Source of the DNA: Eledone cirrhosa
Lineage: Eukaryota
DNA: 64,000 nt
Direction: 5' to 3'
Assembly: GCA_964016885.1 (NCBI GenBank)
Contig: OZ024745.1
Span: 96,348,001-96,412,000 of the forward strand
Positions 11,387-24,333 of this stretch are shown piece by piece. The notes beneath the pieces are model-generated. The model was not told where the DNA came from, ran no database searches, and was given only the letters and a program-made list of their open reading frames with translations. How positions within the stretch are numbered: position 1 is the first letter of the stretch; every line of letters begins with the position of its first letter. The position numbers and the translations under genes are program-made.

Positions 11387-12062
11387 CGTACGTACTAATA
11401 ATTGTTTCTACTTTTGGAATAAGGCCAGCAATTAACTCAGTGCATTACTGGTACTTTATTTCATGGATCCCGTAAGGATGAAGGGCAAAGTTAACCTCTG
11501 CGGAACTTCAGATAATAACGGGCTGCAACTCTACCAATACTTCCATTCCACCGCTCTCGTACGTACTAATAATGGTTTCTTATATAGGCACAAGGCCAGC
11601 AATTTTGGGGGAGGGGAAAGTCGATTAAATCGACCCCCACTACGTTACTGGTACTTTATTTTATCGACCCTGTAAGGATGAAGGGCAAAGTTAACCTCGG
11701 TGGGATTTGAACTCAGACCAGAAAGGGTCGTAACTCTTTGCTGCAAAGCATGGCGTCCGACCCTCTACCGATACTGCCAATCCACCGCCCTCCGTACATA
11801 CTAATAATATAGTTTCTTATATAGGCACAAGGCCAGCAATTTGGGAGGAGGGGAAAGTCGATTAAATCGATCCCAGTGCGTGACTGGTACTTTATTTTAC
11901 CGACCCCGTAAGGATGAAAGAAAAAGTTAACCGCGGCGGAATTTGAACTTATACCATAAAGGGCCGTAACTCTTTGTTTCAAAGCACGACGTCCGACCTT
12001 CTACCGCCTTCGTACGTAATAATTGTTTCTACTTTTGGCACAAGGCCAGCAATTACCCAGTA
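11387..12062 (-). mobile_element. Head-to-tail array of 3 full/near-full plus 1 partial SINE-A
   Basis: Copies at ~11401, ~11572, ~11807 and ~12020, each preceded by CGTAC(G/A)TA(CTA)ATA. Confidence 0.85.
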
Positions 12063-12132
12063 ATAATATGCAAATAAAAGATTCTATTTCAGTGATACTG
12101 ACATATATGGTGGGTTTATAAATTCATTTTAA

Positions 12133-12247
12133 GGTGTGTGGCTTAGTAGTTAGAGAGTTGGATTCACAATCGCGAGGTTGCGAGCTCAATTCTCGGACCG
12201 GGTGATGCGTTGTGTCCTTGAGCAAGACACTTTATTTCGCGTTGCTA
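12133..12247 (+). mobile_element. SINE family B 5' half
   Basis: TGGCTTAGTAGTTAG... followed by CORE-like TGTGTCCTTGAGCAAGACACTT. Confidence 0.75.
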
Positions 12248-12319
12248 CTTCTGCCAGGAGTTGCAACCGGTAGATAGTATCAGCAATACAAAAAATGTAC
12301 GATAAAAGCAGATTAGTAT

Positions 12320-13060
12320 GTATGAGATGAAAGAATGGTATTTAACTAATGTAATGGTACGCGATGGGGCTCACCCACAGCCCCGGCGGACAGAATAGAG
12401 AAGGCGTTTCCCCGGAGGACGGCAAGGGAGACGCGCTGGAAAAGCCACCCCAACTCGCGGGGCTCACACCTACGGCTGGCCAGCTCAGCGCCTATGGTGG
12501 TGAGTAAGGAGGTAGCCCTGGGGCCGAGGACACCAGGAGTCTCCACTGCCAGGGGAACGGCCGCAAACCTGTCAGAGAGCGACCGGTATTTGAAGAGTTT
12601 GGCCCCCTCAGCCCGACGTGCAGCAGAACCTGGGTCAGTCGCAGTTGTATCTGGTTGTGGCTGCAGAAAGTGTCGGTGTAAGTGGCATCCCAGACGAGGG
12701 GTTTTCCACCGCGGAACGGGAAGATGGTCATGCCATCTGGCCTTTTGCCGTCCCCTCGACCCAGCCCCACCGGCTCGAGCTGGGAAGGGAAGCCTGCAGC
12801 GTCCAAGCCATGCTTCATGACCTCGTTGAGGGCAGCATGGCGTGGAATGCGGCCGGCACTGTGGCGACAGGAAAGCGGGTGGAGGCCGAAAGAGTCCACG
12901 GTGGAACCGCAGCGACATCGGTGTGGCTGGCAGATCCGGAGGCCGAGCCTCAGGGAAACGCCGATTCGCAGGCTATGGTTGTCTAGCTGCGTGCCAGTGG
13001 AGAAGGAGGACAGAGCATGGAGCCAGGCACCACTGTGGGGTTTGGAGGCCGCATCAGCAA
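12320..13060 (-). mobile_element. CRE-like non-LTR retrotransposon 3' fragment (zinc knuckle + RLE endonuclease), frameshifted
   Basis: SGAWLHA...LRLG...CRCG...HPLSC...RHAALN...[17 protein letters not shown]...LVWDAT; the second frame gives K..KY...[20 protein letters not shown]. Confidence 0.85.
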
Positions 13061-13373
13061 TGGAAAGACCAATGGAAACATTGTTTCCTTGGTCCGATTT
13101 GACGAGCTCCACTCCACTTGACAAATGAATGAGGTCTGGTATCTTGTCGATCGATCAGAGCGAGATAAATCAATTAATAGTGGATTTCTCTGCTAACTTA
13201 AATGGTTGTATCTGATCTCTATCGATATATCACAAAATAGATTCGAAACCGGAGTCAGATGGTTCACTCTGGTTCGGTCCAATAGGAAATTAAACAAAAG
13301 TGTATTTACATACGCATTTGTACACCTTCGGTTAAATTCTTTACTGTTTCTGTACAGATACGTATTTACTACA

Positions 13374-13512
<139 letters not shown>

Positions 13513-14209
13513 AATGGCTAACTTTTGTAAAATTGGTGTACATGTGTATTGGTCATTGTGATGAAAGAAGGCATTTAACTAAAGTGGGATTGAACTAGAA
13601 AACTCTGCGGCTTCATGAAATATGTTTATAGCGCATGCTTTAAATCGTTTCAGCGATTATCAACAACTTATCTATGATTGGTTATTAATTTCCTTGCCAA
13701 AGGGAGATAAACAGCGAAACTAAATTCTGCTTTTTCTAAAAACACATAGTAGTAGGATTTGCCTTACACACACTCAAACACCCAGCGCATGCGTTTAAAT
13801 GTGTGTATGTAGAAACGTAGTGCAAACCTTATGAGTGCATGCTGGTGTGTATGTTTAATGTAAATCTATACGAATCGCGTACAAGTGTGTGTGTATGTAA
13901 ATAATTACTTTATGCATACATTGGTTTAATATTGTACACAATATAATACAGAGACAGACAAAAATATTTTAGGATGTGTAAACATAAGGATAAAGATAAA
14001 TAACAAAACACAAAATCTGTAAAAGATATTTATTTACGAATATGTATGTATATATGTATGTATGTTCTTCTGGTTTTATAATTTCACAAATTTTTACCAA
14101 TAGAGAGAGAGTCGGTTTCTAACATAGACACAAGACTCTCTCATTGGAATTACACAACATCAACTAGGTAGATATATTAAGTTGTTAATGACGCTACTTT
14201 ATTGTTTGT

Positions 14210-14355
14210 ATCAGATGAAAGAATGGTATTTAACTAATGTATTGGTACGCGATGGGGCCCAACCACAGCCCCGGCGGACAGAATGGAGAAGGCGTTTCCC
14301 CGGAGGACGGCAAGGGAGACGCGCTGGAAAAACCACTCCAACTCGCGGGGATCAC
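14210..14355 (-). mobile_element. CRE-like extreme 3' end
   Basis: Near-identical to 12322-12465 (ELEWFFQRVSLAVLRGNAFSIL and 3' UTR). Confidence 0.85.
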
Positions 14356-14459
14356 GTATGTCTGCAAGTGTAGATATGGATGTTATTGTATGTGTGGATG
14401 TGTATGTTTTGAGTTGTATGTGTGCATGTGTATATGCTTTGTATCTGTACATGTGTATA

Positions 14460-16567
14460 TGCAACATTTTTGGAATGTTTTACATATTTTTACTGTTCGT
14501 TAATGGATTGTACTTGTAATTTCTTAACTAGTTGTGTTCTTTCTGTTCCTGTGAAGCCTAGCTTCTCAAGATTTGTATTGAGGCAGTTGCTAACATACCT
14601 CAGTGCCCCAATAATCACAGGCATAAATCTGAAGGTGTAATCAGGGTGGATTATCTGCAGATTTCTCATCAGTTCTGCATTCTCCTCTTCGCTAATCTTT
14701 GATATTATTTGGCAGTATCGGTAGAGAGTCGGACACCATGCTTTCCAGCATAGTTACGTCCCTTTACAGTCTGAGTTCAAATCCCGCCGAGGTTAACTTT
14801 GCTTTCATCCCTACGGGGTCGATAAAATAAAGTACCAGTAATACACTGGGCAATTGCTGGCCTTGTGCCTAAAGTAGAAACAATTATATTGGCATCTGCT
14901 GGGCAGCTAATTTCCACTACTGTGCATGTTTTCTTCTCCCTGTCCCATATCATAATATCTGGTCTGTTATGCCTGCACTTTATTGGGGTTTTTACTGTAA
15001 CATTCCACCAGTACTCTTTCATATTATGTACATGGATGTCGTCCACATTGCTGTGGCTTTTAATGTGTTTATTATCGAGGCTATCTTTTTTACGAACTGT
15101 ATTGTACAGTGTTTTGGCCACTACATCATGCCTCATAGGTAAATAGTACCGCGATGACATCTTTGGACAGCTGCTGATGTCATGAGTGATATCCTCGAAG
15201 TTAGTTCTGCAGAGTCTGCACTTGTTATCATATCTAGGTGTTTTAACTGCATCCCTATCTCTTTTGTGAATCAGGTATTTCGTGTTAATCTCCTGTTCTT
15301 GGATTGCAAAAGCGTATCCTTCAAAGTGGGAGCCAATATAGCGGTTGTTGGTCCAAGATAGACTACTTTCCTTATCTATATTACTCTCACTCTGGAGCTT
15401 CCTGGCAACATATCCATGCATGATTTATTGCTGATAAGCATGCAGTTTTTCATCCATGGATCCACTGCGATACTGCTGAGCGACTTCCCTAGGTGTGAGT
15501 TTTTGATTATCACACAGGGAATATCTCTCGAGGAGTTCCTTCCCAACTCTCATGATCTTATCTGTTTCATGCAGATAGACTTGCTCAAGAGACGGGCTCC
15601 TACACTTCGAGGTTCGTAGATGTTGTCGGAGAGATATGATGCGACATTCAAATGTTGTCTGGACTGATGTTAGGCCTCTGCCTCCCTGCTTACGTTTCAA
15701 GTAAAGGCGGTCTATGTCACTGTTGATGCGGAAGTTTCCGGTGTTGTTTAGTATTTTTCGAGTTCCAACATCAACTGCTCGGATTTCCTCAATCTTCCAA
15801 TTGAGTATTCCAAACGTTGGTGTTAGGACAGGCACAGCAAACACATTGTGAGCCACTGTTTTGTTTTGCGCAGAGAGTTCCGATGACCAGATCTTTCTTA
15901 ATCGGGTGTAGTATTCCCTGGTTACGCGTTCCTTATTACAGATACCATTATAGGATATGTTCTCACCTATCCCCAGCTATCTGTAGCAGTCCTCATCAGA
16001 TATCGGTGAAACAGTTAGGCCATTGATGACAACGTTGCTAGATTGGGTTGTTGTTTTTCCCCGCTTTACAATCATGTATGAGCATTTATCTTGGCCAAAC
16101 TCCATTCCTATATCCTTTGAGAACGTTGTAACCAGGTCAAGATTTTTCTTCATCCCATCCATGTTCTTGGCATAGAGTTTCAGATCGTCCACAAAGAAAT
16201 TATGGGTTAGGTTTGTATTTCTGTCCTCCTGTGAGCCAATGATGTATCCCTCACATTTCTTGAGCAGAAAGGACAAGGGGTTTAATGACAAGATGAATAA
16301 TATCACAGAGAGGCTGGCCCCCTGAAATAAACCCCTGCAATATTTTATTTTATCAGTGAAAATAGAGTCCCCCCTCTCTGTCTTTAACCTTAGGATAGTA
16401 GCCCAAGAAGAAGACAGCTTCTCTATGGCTCTGACAATAATGTCTGGGACTTTAGCAAGTTGGAGGGCCTCTATCATCCAAGAGTAGGGAACAGAATCGA
16501 AAGCTTTCCTGTAGTCCAGCCAGACTGTAGCCATATTCCTCCTAAGTTGTCGCACCTCCGACATCGC
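14460..16567 (-). mobile_element. R4/Dong-clade non-LTR retrotransposon, 5'-truncated (RT + CCHC + RLE), disrupted
   Basis: WLDYRKAFDSVP, RGLFQGASLS, FVDDLKLY, LYLKRKQGGRGL, MHG, AIQEQ, CRLC..HDISSC..RHD, HNRPDI..VEISCP. The C-terminus (PVIIGAL) resumes past the SINE insertion. Confidence 0.9.
14710..14887 (+). mobile_element. SINE-A inserted into the R4 endonuclease region
   Basis: TGGCAGTATCGG A box and GAGTTCAAATCC B box; splits the R4 reading frame after SCPADANI. Confidence 0.85.
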
Positions 16568-16568
16568 A

Positions 16569-16617
16569 GTATGTATGTATGTATGTATGTATGTATGTAT
16601 GTATGTATGTATGTATG

Positions 16618-16647
<30 letters not shown>
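16569..16647. repeat. (GTAT)n microsatellite at the R4 5' junction
   Basis: Direct inspection. Confidence 0.95.
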
Positions 16648-16649
<2 letters not shown>

Positions 16650-16695
16650 CTTAGGAAAATTAACTAAGAGAAGACAACGAAAACAAAGCAAAATG

Positions 16696-16729
<34 letters not shown>

Positions 16730-16731
<2 letters not shown>

Positions 16732-17396
16732 CATAGGTTAAATATAACGTTCGCGAAACTGAAAGTGGATTTTCTGACAAGTGAATGTGTTTTTTTTTTT
16801 TTTTTACAATGAAATTTACGATACACTCTTTGTTTATTTACAACAGGTCTCTATAGTGATATGGTGTTAATTAGTATTGCGTGTGTGATTATTTTCTCTT
16901 ATATATATATATATGTGTGGGTGTGTATATGTGTGTATATATATGTGTGTCTGTATGTATATATATATGTGTGTTTGTATATATATATGTGTTTGTGTCA
17001 TCATCATCGTTTAGATGTTTTTACCCAAATCCCTTATCATTCTCTGTCCTTCTTATGACCCGGCCTTAATTTGTTTATAGTTGGTGCCAACTTTGGCAAG
17101 ATATTACAAAAACATCTAAACGATGATGATGACACAAACACATATATATATACAAACACACATATATATATACATACAGACACACATATATATACACACA
17201 TATACACACCCACACATATATATATAAGAGAAAATAATCACACACGCAATACTAATTAACACCATATCACTATAGAGACCTGTTGTAAATAAACAAAGAG
17301 TGTATCGTAAATTTCATTGTAAAAAAAACAAACAAACACATTCACTTGTCAGAAAATCCACTTTCAGTTTCGCGAACGTTATATTTAACCTATGCC
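16730..17396. repeat. Fold-back element, ~290-bp arms 16730-17022 / 17108-17396, TA-flanked
   Basis: GGCATAGGTTAAATATAACGTTCGCG... and its reverse complement; 85-bp spacer. Confidence 0.9.
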
Positions 17397-17455
17397 TATA
17401 TATAGAATATACAATGATATTAAATAAATGGAAACTATATTTATAAAACCATATT

Positions 17456-17516
17456 TATTCTATTATATATATTTCAAAGGTACCAAAAGTTTGGTACTCT
17501 ATCATCAGATAAAATA
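17456..17516 (-). ncRNA. Type I hammerhead, canonical core
   Basis: Minus strand TATTTTAT-CTGATGA-TAGA GTACCAAA ct TTTGGTAC CTTT-GAAA-TATATATA^ATAGAATA. Confidence 0.85.
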
Positions 17517-17884
17517 CAAAATGTTTTATAAATATTTGACATAATCAAGGTTACAACCATAAATCTTCATATAATCTAATTGATTATATGTACAATATTA
17601 TAACTAATAATATAGGTAACAAATCTTTTCCCCCAAATTAACGTAAATCCTAGCCCTTACTCCTTTCTCTTCTTTCCTACGCATACAATAACTTATCATA
17701 TTTAAATTTTCCATAGCGTCTAAAATAACGTTTTTTTCAGCCCTTTTACATAAACCTCATTTGCATACTCATCTTAATAATTTGAAATATCGGACTTTTT
17801 TCTCTTCCCTTCACTTTCCAGGGATAACTTGAACCATTAAGGTATATTATCCTTGGTTATGTCAAATATTTATAAAACATTTTG

Positions 17885-17945
17885 TATTTTATCTGATGAT
17901 AGCGTACCAAAATTTTGCTACCCTTGAAATATATATAATAGAATA
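17885..17945 (+). ncRNA. Type I hammerhead, canonical core
   Basis: TATTTTAT-CTGATGA(17893-17899)...GAAA(17926-17929)-TATATATA^ATAGAATA; cleavage after 17937; stem II has several substitutions relative to the left-arm copy. Confidence 0.8.
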
Positions 17946-18374
17946 AATATGGTTTTATAAATATAGTTTCCATTTATTTAATATCATTGTATATTATACT
18001 CCAGAAAATCCGTTGAGTGCTCTAAATCAGTTATAAAAATTCATATTTGTTGAATTACCAACAAATTGAATATCCCTTCTGCTTATATATATATAGATAA
18101 TTGTTCATAGCTATTTTATGTATATATGTACACACACACACACAGACACACAAACACACACACCTGGTAAAAAATAACTTACTTCGAAGAGAACAAAAGG
18201 GATATTGGAAGCCTATTATGGATGTAAAGATTGATTAATTATAGATCAATAAAACAATAACCAAAGCTTGTGAAAGAAGAAAGAAACCATGAGCTTGGTA
18301 ATATCTAATTACCAGAAACCTGTTAATGTGAACTCTGGAAATATAAGTTATACATGAAGTAACACTGTCTCTTC

Positions 18375-18960
18375 CATCTATTGCTAGGAATATATCCCGA
18401 TATATGGAAATATAGTGCAGTGTATCCCATTTCCAGGAAGAGCAATCCATCTGATCCTGTCACCTATTGTCCTATAGCACTCGTTTCTAACACCGTAAAG
18501 TTGATGAATAAAGCGATTAACACCAACATTCTCTATCATCTTGAATTTCTACTTTCTTTATTGATCCCCAATATAGTTATCCCAATGTTTGATCTGCTGC
18601 CAGAAACCGCCTTTCCTATGTCTCTCACAAACAGGCTAATACCATCAAGAAATTTAATCATAATGAAAAAATTTAGCCGTGTCTAGCACACACATCCTCA
18701 GACAAAACTGTCCTCCAATGAGTTCCACCAGTCTCTCGTATCTTGGATCAGTGTATTCCTGTTACCGGGGCGTGTGATTATAACGCACTCTCTGATCCAC
18801 ACTCTATCAACTGTAGTTTACCCGTGGTTAGTGTTTGCTCTCCACATTCTTCCGTCGCTAATACAGCGGGTTGGCTGGTCTCATGCTAACTCCTCTCAAT
18901 CACTTTTGATTCATTCGTCTTTTGTGCTCTTGTTACTCATATCAAGCCCACCACTCTAGG
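18375..18960 (+). pseudogene. Degenerate CR1/L2/Jockey-type RT fragment
   Basis: PDIWKYSAVYPISRKSNPSDPVTYCPIALVSNTVKLMNKAIN resembles the 'WK.A.V.PI.K....SNYRPISL' RT-proximal motif. Confidence 0.65.
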
Positions 18961-20098
18961 TTTGTCAGAAAGTTCAACACCTTGTCCTTCCACCCCAGAA
19001 CGTCGGTCGTACGAAATCCACCACTGCACATGGTTTTCTGTTCCCATCGACTGAAGGGTGGGGTATGAACTATGTCGACCACATTGACCTTAGATGTCCT
19101 GCAAAGTTCATGTACATACTCCAGACCAGTACAATGAAATAATTAGAATTAGATACATCAAAACTACCGAACCTAATCAATAGAAGATTCATTTTTGTGA
19201 TCTCTCTTCTGTTTGAGGATAACATTTTAGAGTATCATACGAAATACGTGAATAGATATGAATTGGTTGTAAGTAAACCATCTTTTATGTATGGATGCCC
19301 TTTAGCTGTAACTGCAGATCGCCCAAAAATGGAAGCCGAGTTAAATATTGAGAATAGAAATTAGTATAAAAATCAAGTTCGCCCCATGACTGCATTAGAG
19401 AGAGGGAGAGAGGGAGAGAGGGAGAAATCGAGTAAACGCTTACTTACAAATACTTTGTTATTAGGGAATTAGATAGAGTGCATCACACCAAAATGAAAGA
19501 AAATTTGATTAGGTAGGTGTATTATAGGTGCATTAGATGAGTTCTTAAAACTGAGTTCAATTCGAAAACAAAAAGATATCAACATCGTAGTCGTTCCATC
19601 AATAAGTTACACTCATAACAATCGTAACTTGATATTAAGTATATTAGTATGAATAGGAACGAAAGCAAGGACACTAATAATAATTACATTTAGATAGAAT
19701 ATCTAAACGAAAACCTGTCTTTGAAGTATAGTATTTGTGGAGTTTTTCTGCAACGAAAAATCTATTATAATATAGTACTATAGATCTAAAAATTATATTG
19801 TAAAAAGATTATGGAGAAACGAATACGCAAAGCGGACAACGAATATGGAAATAAAGGCCGATATAAACTGTTGTCTCTTAGGTGGAAAAGAAGTCAAGTT
19901 TTAAAAAATCTCGTGCTTAGATGAAATTTGAAAAGCCATTACATTGCAAAGACCTGAGAAGGCACTGATCGGAGTGGGGATGGGTAAAAAAAAAGGCTTA
20001 GTACTTGGCAAGTAGAGCAGAACTCAATGTTGAAACCGAAAGACTGAATATCAAATATTTCTCACCAGAAACTACCAAAGTCCAATAATCACTTAGAG

Positions 20099-20521
20099 CA
20101 AAGGTTCTAAACGGAGGGCATATGGGGGGGTGTTAGGGGGTGGGGGCGTTAGGGGGCGTATGGGGGGGCGTTATGGGACGTTAGGGGGGCGTTTGAAGCT
20201 TTGGGAGGCGCTGGAAGCCGCTTTAGTTTGGTAAGTTTTATAAACCATATTTCTACGTTTCTTAGACAGCCAGTGTAAATGCATTTGAATGAAGAAAACG
20301 AAGAAAATAAATAAAAGAAGCTTGTCAACAAATTCCCTAGGGAGACAAAAGAAAAACAAAAGAAATCAAAGAAAATGAAAATAAGGACGTCAACTTTGAC
20401 AAAAGTTACAAGAACAACTTCAACAGAAATGTCAACAAAAAGAAGCAATGGTAATGAAAGGTGTGGGTGTATACATATACATACATACGAACATACACAC
20501 ACATGCATACGTACACACATA

Positions 20522-20609
<88 letters not shown>

Positions 20610-20656
20610 ATATACACACACAGGCCTGCGTTAGTGTTTGATGAGGTTGAGAACCT
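20099..20656. mobile_element. Possible hAT-type non-autonomous DNA transposon
   Basis: CAAAGGTTCTAAAC at the left and GTTGAGAACCTG at the right resemble hAT/Charlie TIRs; G-rich subterminal repeats; no 8-bp TSD seen. Confidence 0.35.
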
Positions 20657-20765
20657 GGTCAGCTTTCAGCCAGAGCCGTGGTATTTAATCTCCCTAGGTA
20701 ATAAAATATGGAGACAGAATTTTCTCCGTACCCCACAAAACCCCTCCATAAATAATCATGTCAAC

Positions 20766-21719
<954 letters not shown>

Positions 21720-21784
21720 CACACACACATACACACACACTTTCTATTTTCAGTCTGGTCTACCATGTTTGAGCCCCCTGTTAG

Positions 21785-22761
21785 AGATAGATATGTTTCT
21801 TTATTAGCCACAGGGGCACAAAAGAAGGGGACAAATACAAAGAGGTAAGTTTACATACAATAAAAACGTGTAAAATATTATCACAAATGCAATTGAAAAG
21901 TTAATCGATTTTCCTCAATAGGGGGAGACATTTCATATGGGTAACACATACCCCCGAAAAAATGTGCAACCCTCATCTCCAGGAGTACGAAGAGTTTGTA
22001 CCCCTTTCCTCTCTTCCTCCTTTTCCTCAACCTACAGGCTGATATAGAGAGAAGGCCCATTCACTGAGGCCATTCACGCCACTTTCACCACCCACCTTTC
22101 ATAAAACTTGCTGGGGTGCAGCACCTCTCTCTCCATCCTGATTCTTCTTCTCAAATCGGCCGATTAACTGTTTGAGGCTGTTATACCCCCCTTTATCAGG
22201 ACATGCTCCCACATAGTCCCAACGTGCATCTAGGATTCCATTCCAGTCCCCCACTAAAAGCAAGAAGCGGGACGTTCCCAGAAAAGTCTCTAGACGTTTG
22301 AAGAAGTCTGGCCGTGGTGTTCCGGATGGGGCATATGCGGCCACCAGTCTGAAGGCTCCACCTTCACTACCGTCAACCTCTAGGACCACCAGTCGACCCT
22401 CCGGGTCCAGATGTACCGTCTGTGTTACGAGGTCCAGGTGTTTCTGCAGCAAAACGGCAACCCCGCCCCCACCTCCCGGCTGACAGAGAGATGCGTAGAT
22501 CTCAAAGTCGTCGAAGATGGGGGCCAGCTGTCGCTCGCTGTGGATCCTGGACTCGCAAATGGCTACTACATCCATACTGTGCTACCTGAGGTCGTTTAAG
22601 AGTTTTCCCTGTTTCCAGGGCATCCCCAGGCTGCGTACATTCACACATCCAACTCTTATATTGGCCATGTTGGTGCTGAAAAGTTAAAAGAAGAGGAAAA
22701 GAAATCACTCACCTCTTCGTCTCCCGGGGACCAGGCTGCACAATGTCCATTAGATAGATAT
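21785..22761 (-). mobile_element. Internally deleted Tx1/L1-like LINE (APE domain fused to ORF2 C-terminus/3' UTR) with TSD AGATAGATAT
   Basis: MANIRVGCVNVRSL..DVVAICE..GGGVAVL..GRLVVLEV..RLVAAYAP..VGDWNGILD, then KIRMEREVL..RWVKV in another frame; AATAAA; TSD at 21785-21794 / 22752-22761. Confidence 0.85.
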
Positions 22762-22837
22762 ATGTGTACCACACACACACATACACACACACATTTCTTA
22801 CTCTCTCCGTCCTTCCCTCTTTCTCTCTTCATTTATA

Positions 22838-22952
<115 letters not shown>

Positions 22953-22958
22953 ATATAT

Positions 22959-24333
22959 GCGGGGGACATGTGTAGGCCCGGGAGTGAGCGTGGAAGGTAC
23001 TAACCGACTCCCTCGCTATGAGCGGGGACCACTCAGCTCGGGGTGCTCCGATCGGCGTAACCAACCCAACGGGCAGCGACGAATTGGGGGGCATGGCTAT
23101 TCCAGACGTCCACAGCGTATACATAACATACTCTGACGGAACGGGGACAGGGACTGGTGACTACAACAAGAAGCGAACCCGTTCCCGTAATGTCATTTGG
23201 TTTAACCCCCTCCTCTTTTAAGCCGGTTTACGCAACAACATAGCGGCTTCTTTCTTCAGGACTTTGGATAAGCACTTCCATAACCAACAACGGTACCACG
23301 CCATCTTCAACCGGCACACGGTTAAATTGTCCTACTCCACAACTAGAAACCTAGTACAAAACATAGAAGCCTTGAACCGCAGTAGATTAAAAAATATCCG
23401 CAACTCCAGGGGAAACAGCAACCGTGAGAAGACGCACCACGCAAATACCTCTTCCTCTGTTGGTAACGTCTTGGACCGTGAAAGACCGGGGAATCACTCA
23501 ACGCGTTCCGGTGATACAGGCGGCAACACCCCTCCGTGCTGTAATTGTAGAAACCCCGCTAGCTTCCCCCTGGAGGGTAGGTGCCTCGGCAGTGGCTTAG
23601 TATATGAATGTATGGGGGTGAATACCAGCAACCATGCCTTCTCCTATATCGGAGCCACGGCTAATAAGTTTAAGGAACGCTGGTACAATCATCTCTACAC
23701 CTTTAGGAGGGTGGATCAGACGGGATAACGTAGAATTCACCATGTCGTGGTCCAAAGTAGCACCGGCTCAACCCTACGGAGAGGGTGGACATGACTCGTG
23801 CGATTTGTGTGCCACCGAGATTATGGAAATAATCGAGAGGGGAGCTCAAGTTATCAATAAAAGGAGTAACCTCTTCAGCTCCTGCCTCCACAGATCTTCT
23901 GGAACCTTCCTCAAACTGTACGGACTAGCAACGTAGTGGTGCTAGTTGAACACTTTTGCAATCTTGTCCATGGAAGCCGTGCATAGCCTCGCGGCAACCC
24001 CAGCGTCAGGCGAACCTTGGATATCTTGTTTGCACACCTGGAGTCTCTATGTGTACATGTTTCTTGTCCTTTGTTCCCTATTCCTCTGTTTATATACCTA
24101 CTGCTGTTTTTTTTATGTATTTTGTCCCGTTCCTTTATGATTGTGTTCTCTATATGTGTTCTGTTTCTTCTATTTGTTCCTGTTCCTACTTTCGCCTCCC
24201 GTAACTCTCTTCCATGGCCTAACAGCCCTTTTGATAGTATTGTTGCCACTGTGGTTGGGACTGAATGCTATGATCATTGCTAGCCTTGTGCCTTCCAGTG
24301 ATAGAGGAGTATTGTATTAACTGGGAATGTTTT
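22959..24333 (+). mobile_element. Penelope-like element lacking RT, retaining linker + GIY-YIG endonuclease (frameshifted)
   Basis: RSRNVIWFNP, LDKHF, IFNRHTVKLSYS, CNCR..PLEGRCL..LVY..YIGAT..FKERWYNH, CDLC..E, INKRSNLFSSCLH; (TA)n on both flanks. Confidence 0.85.

Larger units (their letters stand above)
17406..18085. mobile_element. Inverted-pLTR PLE-like element, 145-bp arms 17406-17550 / 17851-17995
   Basis: Reverse-complement arms, each with a canonical HHR; the right arm extends to (TA)n. Confidence 0.8.

Noticed and set aside
12494-13128. Plus-strand GC-rich ORFs over CRE copies (also 56959-58405 and minus ORFs at 27062-27743)
   Set aside because: Antisense shadows of the retrotransposon coding strand.
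16765-16830. Hammerhead in the 16730-17396 fold-back (CTGACAAG...GAAA)
   Set aside because: No convincing stem I, II or III pairing.
19047-19080. TCGA-CTGAAGG...GAAC..GTCGA hammerhead-like string
   Set aside because: Both core halves are imperfect, there is no stem II and no (TA)n/pLTR context.
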